From Pyrinomonadaceae bacterium (lineage in GTDB: Bacteria > Acidobacteriota > Blastocatellia > Pyrinomonadales > Pyrinomonadaceae): a stretch of DNA of 64,000 nt. Of the stretch, positions 30,327 to 39,530 are shown piece after piece. The stretch covers positions 36,860-100,859 of the forward strand of contig DATLMC010000015.1 in the NCBI GenBank assembly GCA_035537435.1. The letters are read 5' to 3'. Numbering within the stretch: position 1 is the stretch's first letter; every line of letters starts with the position of its first letter. The translations under genes and the position numbers were made by a program. The notes beneath the pieces are model-generated. The model ran no database searches and was not told the DNA's origin. It saw only the letters and a list, made by a program, of their open reading frames with translations.

Positions 30327-30352
30327 AAATCACATCCTTCGCAGGTGCATAA

Positions 30353-31915
30353 CTAGTATTCTACCGCGGGAGTGACGCGCAGGTCGCGCCCGGTCATCTC
30401 GGCGGGCTGTGGGATGCCGAGGAGCGCGAGCATGGTGGGCGCAACGTCTTCGAGCGCGCCGCCTTCGCGGAGGGTCGCGCCGCGCGCGGCTTCGTCGACG
30501 AGGAGGAGGGGGACGGGGTTGGTGGTGTGTGCGGTGTGCGGCTCGCCCGTCGCGGGGTCGATCATCTGCTCGCAGTTGCCGTGATCGGCCGTGATGATCG
30601 TGCGGCCCCGCGCCGTCTTGAGCGCCTTCGTAATCCAGCCCAGACAAGTATCGACGTGCTGCACCGCCTCGATGGTCTTTTCGAGATTGCCGGTGTGGCC
30701 GACCATGTCGGGGTTGGCGAAGTTGATGATGAACACGTCCGTCTCGCGCTCGTCTATCGCGCGCAGGATTTTGTCCGTGAGCGGGTAGGCCGACATCTCC
30801 GGCTTGAGGTCGTAGGTGGCGACCCTCGGCGAGGGCACGAGGAGCCGCCGCTCGTGCGCGAACTCGCGCTCCGCGCCGCCGTTGAAGAAGTAGGTCACGT
30901 GCGCGTACTTCTCCGTCTCCGCGAGACGGTAGTTGCGGACGCCGACGGCGGCGAAGACTTCCGCCAGGATGTTGACGGGCTGCGTCGGCGGGAAGGCGAC
31001 GGGCAGCGGGAACGTCTTGTCGTAGACGGCGAAGCAGACGAAGTGCGCGTGCGGGCGGTTCGGGGTGGGGAACTCCTCGAAGCCCGCGACGGCGAGCGCG
31101 TCCGTGATCTGGCGCGCGCGGTCGGCGCGGAAGTTGAAGAAGACGACCGAGTCGCCGTCAGAAATCGTGGCGACCGGACTGCCGTCGCCGCGCGTGACGA
31201 CGATGGGCTCGACGAACTCGTCCGTCACGCCCCGCGCGAAAGAGTTTCTGATCGCCTCGACCGCGTCGGCCGCGCGCGCGCCCTCACCGTTAACTAGAAG
31301 TTTGTACGCGCGCTCCGTCCGCTCCCAGCGCTTGTCGCGATCCATCGCGTAGTAGCGACCGACGACCGACGCGACTTCGCCGACGCCGATCTCGGCGCAC
31401 TTGTCGCGCATGGCGGCGACGTAGCGGTCTGCGGAAGAGGGCGGCGTGTCGCGCCCGTCGAGGAAGCAGTGGACGTAGACCCGCCGAAGCCCGCGCTTCT
31501 CGGCCATCCGCAGCAGCGCGTAGGCGTGCTCCTGCGATGAGTGGACGAGGCCGTCGGAGGTGAGGCCGATGAGGTGGAGCGCGCGGTCGTGCCTGGCGGC
31601 GCTGTCGAGCGCGGCGTTAAGAGCGAGGTTCGAGAAGAACTCGCCCGTCTTGATCTCGTGGTTGATGCGCTCAAGGTCTGTGCGCACGACGCGCCCCGCG
31701 CCCATGCAGAGGTGCCCGACGTTGGAGTTGCCCATCACGCCCGCCGGCAGCCCGACGCACTCGCCCGAAGCCTCGATCAGAGTGTGCGGGTATTTTTCTA
31801 ACAGCTCGTCGTAGAAGGGCATCGAGGCTAACGCGACGGCGTTGCCCTCCCGGCGCGTGCTGTAGCCGAAGCCGTCGAGGATGATGAGCGCGAGCGGTCC
31901 CTGTCTGTCAGTCAA
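30353..31915 (-). CDS. gpmI: 2,3-bisphosphoglycerate-independent phosphoglycerate mutase
   Basis: 520 aa. [22 protein letters not shown] motifs. Confidence 0.95.
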   Translation of the reverse strand: MTDRQGPLALIILDGFGYSTRREGNAVALASMPFYDELLEKYPHTLIEASGECVGLPAGVMGNSNVGHLCMGAGRVVRTDLERINHEIKTGEFFSNLALNAALDSAARHDRALHLIGLTSDGLVHSSQEHAYALLRMAEKRGLRRVYVHCFLDGRDTPPSSADRYVAAMRDKCAEIGVGEVASVVGRYYAMDRDKRWERTERAYKLLVNGEGARAADAVEAIRNSFARGVTDEFVEPIVVTRGDGSPVATISDGDSVVFFNFRADRARQITDALAVAGFEEFPTPNRPHAHFVCFAVYDKTFPLPVAFPPTQPVNILAEVFAAVGVRNYRLAETEKYAHVTYFFNGGAEREFAHERRLLVPSPRVATYDLKPEMSAYPLTDKILRAIDERETDVFIINFANPDMVGHTGNLEKTIEAVQHVDTCLGWITKALKTARGRTIITADHGNCEQMIDPATGEPHTAHTTNPVPLLLVDEAARGATLREGGALEDVAPTMLALLGIPQPAEMTGRDLRVTPAVEY

Positions 31916-31942
31916 CGATTACTCTCCTGAAGTGGCGAGTCC

Positions 31943-33358
<1,416 letters not shown>

Positions 33359-33528
33359 TCACATTTCGCGGCGGACAGTCAAAGCGCGGGGAGTTTTCGC
33401 GTGGGGGAATCGCCCGCGGGCGGCCGGGCGCGCGCGGCGTGTCACTTTCGTGGTCTTTTAGCTACAGGCGCGCGAAGTCATGCGAGTATAAAGAAGAGAT
33501 ACCGGCGCGGCGGAATTATTGTGAGTTG

Positions 33529-33714
33529 ATGATGACGACGAAAGCGAAGGCGCAGCAGACGACTCAGACCGGCGCGGGAGACGCGGCGAAGAAGACCCGC
33601 CCGCTCGCGGGTTTCTTGATCGCCGGGGCATCGCTCGCCGCCCTGTTCGGTCTCGCCGTGCTCAAGGGGCGGGTTAAAGACGACAGCGAAACATCAAGGG
33701 AGGCAAGGAACTAA
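33529..33714 (+). CDS. Small single-pass membrane protein (61 aa)
   Basis: MMTTKAKAQQ...LAGFLIAGASLAALFGLAVL... Its stop abuts the next gene's ATG. The start is uncertain. Confidence 0.4.
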   Translation: MMTTKAKAQQTTQTGAGDAAKKTRPLAGFLIAGASLAALFGLAVLKGRVKDDSETSREARN

Positions 33715-33715
33715 C

Positions 33716-34012
33716 ATGTCAGCACAAGGTTTGGGCAAGGCGACCGACGCCAAGCTTAACGATTTCACCGGCGCGGGCGGCTCTGCGCTCGCGACCAAGA
33801 CCGACAAAGCCGAGACGATGCTCAAGACCATCGACAACACGACGGTCGAGTCCACGGGCGTCAGCCTGTTCCACATCCTGACCATCGGCTCCATCGGCGC
33901 GTCGCTCGCGCTCTTCTTCAGCGGCAACAAGCAGGCGGGCATCTTCGTCGGGCTGTGGCCGCCGACCTTCCAGGCTCTGAAGTCCGTGGTCGATAAGAGC
34001 AACAAGCAGTAA
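33716..34012 (+). CDS. Small membrane protein (98 aa)
   Basis: RBS GGGAGG. Hydrophobic segments LFHILTIGSIGASLALFF and GIFVGLWPP. Two terminators follow. Confidence 0.5.
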   Translation: MSAQGLGKATDAKLNDFTGAGGSALATKTDKAETMLKTIDNTTVESTGVSLFHILTIGSIGASLALFFSGNKQAGIFVGLWPPTFQALKSVVDKSNKQ

Positions 34013-34023
34013 AGCCGGCTATC

Positions 34024-34046
34024 TTTTTTCCGTGCTCACGGAAAAA
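34024..34046. terminator. Bidirectional-looking hairpin (ttttttccgtg ctc acggaaaaa)
   Basis: A 7-bp stem flanked by a T-run and an A-run, 12 nt after the stop at 34012. Confidence 0.55.
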
Positions 34047-34071
34047 GCGTACAAGGGGTGGGCAAGGGGGC

Positions 34072-34108
34072 GGCGCGGGTTGATAACTTCAACCCGCGCC
34101 TTTTTCTT
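34072..34108 (+). terminator. Rho-independent terminator
   Basis: ggcgcgggttga taac ttcaacccgcgcc followed by tttttctt. Confidence 0.75.
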
Positions 34109-34200
34109 GCCGCGCAAATCCATTACCATTCGCGTTGAAAACTCCCAAACTCTGTCGGCTGCGGTGACATCGAACAAGCGGGTCGGAGGTCTTGAGGGGG

Positions 34201-35454
34201 ATGAGAATCAGGGGAACGTTCGTCGCGCAACTGCTCTCGGCGCTGCTCGCCGCGGCGTCGGTGTCGCTCTGCGATCTCGCGCCCCGCGCCGGCGCGCAAG
34301 GGGCGGGCGCGCCGGCGCAACAGCCCGCGCCGCAGACGCGCGACCGGCGCGTCGATGCCCGGCCCGCGCCGCAGGCGACGCCGCAGACGCTCGCCACGCC
34401 GCCCGCGTCGCCGACCCCCGCGGCCGACGACGAAGAGGTGCTCTCCGTCGAGACCTCGCTCGTCAACGTCCTCTTTAACGCGGTCGACCGCGACCGACGC
34501 TTCGTCACCACGCTCCGCCAGGAGGACGTGCGCGTCTTCGAGAACGACGCGCCGCAAGTGGTCTCCGTCTTCCAGCGCGAGACCGATCTGCCCGTCTCGC
34601 TCGCCGTCCTCGTCGACGTGAGCTGGTCGCAGAAGGTGACGCTGCCGGACGAGGCGCAGGCCGCCGGCGAGTTCGTCGACGCCGTGCTGCGCCCCAACAA
34701 GGACAGGGCCGCCGTCGTCTCCTTCACGGGGACGGCGACCGTCGAGCAGGACCTGACCTCGGATCGCGCCGCGCTCCACCGCGCCATCGCGAGCCTCAGA
34801 GTCGTGCCGCCCGCGGACAAAGACGAGGCGTTCGTCTACCAGGAGGGCGAGAAGGCTGAGGTCGTGCCGGAGGAGGTCGAGCAGTACGGGCTGCCCGGCT
34901 CGACCGCGCTGTGGGACTCGGTCTGGGCGACCGCCACCGACCTGATGTCGGCGACGCCGGAGAACACGCGCCGCGCCATCATCATCCTCTCCGACGGCGA
35001 CGACACGACGAGCCGCGTCAAGAAGGAGGACGCCATCGACGCCGCGCTCAAGGCGAACACGATCATCTACTCAATCGGCGTCGAGCCGATCTGCGAGGAG
35101 CCGGACGCGGACTGCCACTACGAGAAGGGCGCGCTGCGCAAGGTCTCGGAGCGCACGGGCGGGCGCGCCTTCTTCCCCGAAGACGAGCAGCAACTGAGGG
35201 CCGCCTTCGCTGAGATCAACCAGGAGCTGCGCACGCAGTACCTCGTCGCCTACTCGCCGACCAACAAGGCGCGCGACAACACCTACCGCCGCATCCGCAT
35301 CGAGATCATTAACCCCAGGCTCCGCGATCAAAAAATCAAACTCACCTACCGCGAAGGCTACTTCGCCGCGCCGCCCGCAGCCGTGCGCCCCAAGCCCGCG
35401 CGCGCCCCCCAGGAGCGACTCAAACGCCCCCCCCGCCGCCCGCGGAAGAAATAG
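34201..35454 (+). CDS. Secreted VWA-domain protein (VWFA-related acidobacterial type)
   Basis: Signal peptide. VFENDAPQVVSVFQRE. MIDAS LVDVSWS. ATG 34201 follows GGAGG..GAGGGGG. Confidence 0.85.
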   Translation: MRIRGTFVAQLLSALLAAASVSLCDLAPRAGAQGAGAPAQQPAPQTRDRRVDARPAPQATPQTLATPPASPTPAADDEEVLSVETSLVNVLFNAVDRDRRFVTTLRQEDVRVFENDAPQVVSVFQRETDLPVSLAVLVDVSWSQKVTLPDEAQAAGEFVDAVLRPNKDRAAVVSFTGTATVEQDLTSDRAALHRAIASLRVVPPADKDEAFVYQEGEKAEVVPEEVEQYGLPGSTALWDSVWATATDLMSATPENTRRAIIILSDGDDTTSRVKKEDAIDAALKANTIIYSIGVEPICEEPDADCHYEKGALRKVSERTGGRAFFPEDEQQLRAAFAEINQELRTQYLVAYSPTNKARDNTYRRIRIEIINPRLRDQKIKLTYREGYFAAPPAAVRPKPARAPQERLKRPPRRPRKK

Positions 35455-35471
35455 GCGCGCACTTCAAAAAC

Positions 35472-35563
35472 GTAGGGGCCGGGCTCGTCCATGCCCGCCG
35501 CTACCCGAAGACTCAAGTTGAGAGCTACCGCGGCTCGCGGGCAGGGACGAGCCCTGCCCCTAC
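35472..35563. repeat. REP/REPIN-like element, copy 3 (short form)
   Basis: GTAGGGGCCGGGCTCGTCCATGCCCGC ... GCGGGCAGGGACGAGCCCTGCCCCTAC, between convergent genes. Confidence 0.9.
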
Positions 35564-35630
35564 AAATTAACGGACGCCGGGTGGGAAGTCCCCGGCGTCC
35601 GTCGTGTGAACACAAACTGCGCGCGCCGTG

Positions 35631-37370
35631 TTAGGGCGCGGAGGCGAAGGCCAGGTCGGTGATGAGGAGCGCGCCGGAGGCCGTCTGGTCGAACTGGAGT
35701 TTGACGGAGCGGATGTCGGTCAGGTTGACGCCGGTGAAGGAGGCGAGCGGGATGCGCGCCGTGTTCAGGACGACCTTCGGGACGGGGCCGGTCGTGCCCG
35801 GCGGGTAGAAGAGGGCGGTCGAGACGCTGCCGACGAGCACCGAGCTTTGCGCGCCCGTGCCGTCCGTGAGGACGACCGAGAAGCTCTGCGCCGCGTTCGT
35901 CGCGTTGCGCGTGTCCTCGAAGTTGACGCTGACGCGGAACTGCAAAGCCTGGAAGCCGCTCACGTCGCGCGAGCCGAGCGGCAGGTCGTTCGTGTAGCTC
36001 GCGCCGCCCGCCGCCCAGCCCGTGCGCAGTTGACTCAAGCCGCGCAATGTAGAGCGCGCGCTTGGAACGGTGTGCGGCTGGCGGCTGGTAGACTGCGCGG
36101 CAGTCAGGCAGTGCTGCGGCTCGGGCGAGTTGCCGCCGCACAGATCGTGCGGCGTGAGCCCCGTCTGCGTGGACGCGCCGCCCAGCGTGTCGGTCGTGAG
36201 GTTCGCTGCGGTCAGCAGGCGATTCACGTCGCGCCGCTTCGTCGCCGCGTCGGGCGCGTGGTAGGAGACGTGCAAATCGGTCGTCTGCGCCGAAGCGGGG
36301 GGCGGAGCCGCGCCCGTCAAGATCGGAGTGAACTGCGTCTCGCCGCCGACGTAGACGCGGAAGAACGCGGAGAGGTAGGCGACGCCCGTCCCGCGCTGCT
36401 GCGCGCTCGTGAGCCGATGGTTGCCCGCGCCCGTGCCGCACTGCGCGTCGCTCTTGCCGCTGCTGACGAAGGAGGTCCAGTCGTCCGCCGTGGCCGCGGA
36501 GAACATGCCCGGCGTCCAGACGGTGTTGTAGAAGTTGTGGTTCGCGCCCATCACCTGAATGGTGTGCTTCGCGCCGGTGTCGCCCGCCACGTTGTAGCGC
36601 GCGTCGTCGTAGAAGTGGACGCCCTGATTGTCACTCACGTCGCCGTCGCAGTAGGGGAGGACGACGGCGAGCGCGGAGTTGTTGACGACGGGCCGGTTGA
36701 AATCGACGGGCGCGAGCGGGAAGACGCCCTTGATCGTGTAGGGCGAGCCGAGGGATGCGTTGTAGAGGTAGTGCTTGACGACGCCCTCGCCGCCGCGCGA
36801 GTGGCCCATCGTGCCGACGCGCGTGAGATCGATCTTGCCGACGAACTTCGTGCCGAACGGGGCCGCGCCGGTCGTGTTGAAGGTGTTGAGCTGATTGAGG
36901 TGGCGCTGGACGAGTTCGGCGCGCGCCTGCATGCCGAGGTCGTTGACGTTGTTGTCGAAAGCGTTGATGCCGTTGGCGCTCACGGAGACGACGATGTAGC
37001 CGTTGCTCGCCAGAATTTGCGCGACGTAGTCGTAGCCCTGGTAGCTGGGGATCGGCTGCTGGTTGCTCGGGCAGGGCCAGCGAAGGCTCGCGGCCGAGCC
37101 GCGGAAGCAGGTGGCGTGACGCCCGTGGAGGAAGACGACGACGGGGAAGGGGCCGCCCGTCAGATCGGTCGGGTGGTGGATCGACGCCTTCACCTCGACG
37201 GCCGAAGGGAAGCCGGTCGGCTGGAACGCGAGGTTGCCGTAGTCGTACTCCTCGCGCGTGACGGCGCGGGGGCCGGTCGTGCCGGGGTCGGGCGTCTGCG
37301 CCGCGGCGCTGAGCGCGCAGCAGGCGACGAGGAACGACATGAGGGTGAGTGTCTTGAGAGTGTTGCGCAT
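35631..37370 (-). CDS. Secreted alpha/beta hydrolase (lipase / PAF-acetylhydrolase / PETase-like N-terminal half) with an uncharacterised C-terminal domain
   Basis: Signal peptide. Nucleophile elbow GHSRGGEG. 579 aa. Confidence 0.7.
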   Translation of the reverse strand: MRNTLKTLTLMSFLVACCALSAAAQTPDPGTTGPRAVTREEYDYGNLAFQPTGFPSAVEVKASIHHPTDLTGGPFPVVVFLHGRHATCFRGSAASLRWPCPSNQQPIPSYQGYDYVAQILASNGYIVVSVSANGINAFDNNVNDLGMQARAELVQRHLNQLNTFNTTGAAPFGTKFVGKIDLTRVGTMGHSRGGEGVVKHYLYNASLGSPYTIKGVFPLAPVDFNRPVVNNSALAVVLPYCDGDVSDNQGVHFYDDARYNVAGDTGAKHTIQVMGANHNFYNTVWTPGMFSAATADDWTSFVSSGKSDAQCGTGAGNHRLTSAQQRGTGVAYLSAFFRVYVGGETQFTPILTGAAPPPASAQTTDLHVSYHAPDAATKRRDVNRLLTAANLTTDTLGGASTQTGLTPHDLCGGNSPEPQHCLTAAQSTSRQPHTVPSARSTLRGLSQLRTGWAAGGASYTNDLPLGSRDVSGFQALQFRVSVNFEDTRNATNAAQSFSVVLTDGTGAQSSVLVGSVSTALFYPPGTTGPVPKVVLNTARIPLASFTGVNLTDIRSVKLQFDQTASGALLITDLAFASAP

Positions 37371-37921
37371 TAGGGTTTCACTCCTTCCGTGCCGAGCTTG
37401 AGCTTTTCGGGAAGCGCGGTGCGCTCTTTCTTGTTCTCCTTGTCGCCGTAGGAGAGGTAGACGGTCGCGCCGTCTTTGATCGCCGCCTCGTCGAAGGTGA
37501 CGACGGTGATCGCGTCGAGGTCTTCGCTCTCGACGCCGTAGCCGAGCGCCACGTCGTCGAGCCAGACGACCGGCGGCAGCGCGCGCACGGCGAAGGGGCC
37601 GCCCGTCACCGTCACGCGGAACGCCTTCGTCACCGCCACGCGCTGCCCGCCGACCTCGGCGTTCGTGATGCGCGGCAGCGCCACCTCTTCGACGCGGTAC
37701 GAGCGCAGCTTCAGCAGCCCCTTCGGCGTCGTGTTCGTGCCGCGGCCCACCACCTTGCCGGGCAGTTTCAGTAAGTCTGTCACGGTGAACTCCTGTTCGG
37801 GGGCGGGCGTCTGCGCGTCCTGTCCGAACGCCGCGCCCGCGACCGACAGCAGCAGGCAGGCGACGGCCAGGAGGCGCGCCGCGCCCCGACGCAGCCCTTG
37901 TGCGTTTCGCTTCATGTGCAT
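37370..37921 (-). CDS. Secreted hypothetical protein, translationally coupled to the hydrolase
   Basis: Signal peptide LLAVACLLLSVAGAAFGQ. Its TAA overlaps the downstream ATG as TAATG. Confidence 0.55.
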   Translation of the reverse strand: MHMKRNAQGLRRGAARLLAVACLLLSVAGAAFGQDAQTPAPEQEFTVTDLLKLPGKVVGRGTNTTPKGLLKLRSYRVEEVALPRITNAEVGGQRVAVTKAFRVTVTGGPFAVRALPPVVWLDDVALGYGVESEDLDAITVVTFDEAAIKDGATVYLSYGDKENKKERTALPEKLKLGTEGVKP

Positions 37922-38204
37922 ACAGATTTCTCCTTAACGTGCGAGGGTTGAGGATTTACGGAGCAGCAGGGACCGGGCGCGCGACGCGCAGCGGGTGCTC
38001 TAGCCTCCGGCAAAGTTGGGGACGTGAGAGTTCTTCGTGCTGGCTGGTTAGTGGATGTTCACACGAGACTGGCTCAGGTGAGGCTTCCCGTCCACTACGA
38101 AGACACGCAAAAGTAGCCGCATCGCTCGTGCCTGTCAAGTCGCGAGGGCCGCCCGCTTCGGGGCGCGCGCGGCGTGAGGAGGCGGCGCGCGCTGTTGATC
38201 GCAT

Positions 38205-39113
38205 TCACGCCCTCTCTAACAGCGCGCAGCCGCCCATGCGCCGAAACTTCTCGCGCTTCGCGTGCGGCTGGACGCGCGCGATGAGACGCCCCAGCCAGGC
38301 CAGCGGCATCTCGCGCTTCAGGCGGCGCGCCTCCTCCATCAGCGAGCGGAACTCCGCCTCGCGCCAGCCGAACCGACGGAAGAAGTCAGTCCCTTCCTCT
38401 GGCGCGAAGCGGAAAGGCGCGTTCGCCTCGGCGACGCGCTTGCCCCAGGTCTTCGCCATGCGCTTGATGATTTCCGGCCGCACGATGTCCGCCAGCCACC
38501 AGCGGAAGGAGGCTTGCGCGTGCAGGTCAGCGGCGAGCGCGCCGACCTGCTCCGGCGCGAGGTAGACGAGCAGCCCCTCCGAGATGACGAGCGCGCGCTC
38601 CGAGCTTGCGCCCACGCGCGCGAACAACTCCCTGCGCGCCTCGACTTCGGAGAGGTCTAGCTTCACGACCTCGTGTTCGCACACCGCGCGCTCGCCCGCG
38701 AGCGTCTGCTCTTTGTAGTCGACAATCCCCGGTAGATCGACTTCGATCCACCGGAGTGTCGGCGGCAAAGGGAGCCGGTAGGGTCGCGCGTCGAGACCGG
38801 CGGCGAGGTTGACGACCGTGTCGAGCTTGTCGCGCTCGATGGTGCGCAGGATCATCTCGTCCATGACGCACGTGCGCACGACTATCGCCCACGAGAACGC
38901 CGCGCTCTTCTCCATCCCGCGCACGATCTGCTCGCCGCGCTCGCCCGCCAGCCGCCGCGCGAGGTGGTCGCGGAAGTGCGCGTCGGGCCTTTCCGTTTCG
39001 AGCGCGCGGTAGAAGGCGACCCAGCGCGCCGTGTCGGAGATGTTGCGGATGAGCGGGGCGGCGGCTTCGGAGCCTTGAGAATGAGACCCTTGAGCGTCCG
39101 GCTGATTCTTCAT
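38205..39113 (-). CDS. Class I SAM-dependent methyltransferase (leucine carboxyl / TIGR00027-like O-methyltransferase)
   Basis: SDTARWVAFYRALE, DTVVNLAAGLDARPYRL. Confidence 0.8.
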   Translation of the reverse strand: MKNQPDAQGSHSQGSEAAAPLIRNISDTARWVAFYRALETERPDAHFRDHLARRLAGERGEQIVRGMEKSAAFSWAIVVRTCVMDEMILRTIERDKLDTVVNLAAGLDARPYRLPLPPTLRWIEVDLPGIVDYKEQTLAGERAVCEHEVVKLDLSEVEARRELFARVGASSERALVISEGLLVYLAPEQVGALAADLHAQASFRWWLADIVRPEIIKRMAKTWGKRVAEANAPFRFAPEEGTDFFRRFGWREAEFRSLMEEARRLKREMPLAWLGRLIARVQPHAKREKFRRMGGCALLERA

Positions 39114-39362
39114 CTCGCCTCCTTAAACTTTGCCGGGAGCGGAGCGGCGGTCGTCGGGCGGGCGACGGCTAGGATACACGAAAGACTGTGCGGGCGTTGG
39201 CGAAAAGATCGGCGCGCTCGACCGGCGCGCTCGCTATTTTGCTTTTGACTTTTAGGGTGCTTATACTTTCCCACGTTCCCGACACTTAGAACTTGTGTGG
39301 AGATAATCGCTCCGCGGGAGCGGAATGTTTATAGCCCCGGCGTCTTGGAACCGGCGCAAGCC

Positions 39363-39466
39363 CCGCGGGAGCGGCATCTCACATCTCGCCCCCGACGGGG
39401 CTCCGAAAGGATGTCGGGCTTACCGGGCGATAAACATCCCGTCCCTGCGGGACTTTTACAACAGCT
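39363..39466. repeat. Repeat family 2, copy A
   Basis: About 80% identical over about 104 nt to 54429-54532. The shared core is tctcgcccc.gacggggctccg.aaggatgt. Confidence 0.75.
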
Positions 39467-39530
39467 TCTAAAAACGCGCGCCGCCGCGCCGCGCCGCGAA
39501 AGAGATTCCGAACCGAGGAAGCCCACCGCC

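Noticed and set aside
39297-39530. N-terminal 78-aa extension of the M1 peptidase ORF in the track. The same problem occurs at 61544-61633 for the amidohydrolase, 49072-49146 for the SBP and 59334-59399 for the S9 peptidase.
   Set aside because: The extensions translate through dispersed repeats or lack an RBS. Internal ATGs are followed by proper signal peptides or lipoboxes and preceded by SD-like sequences.
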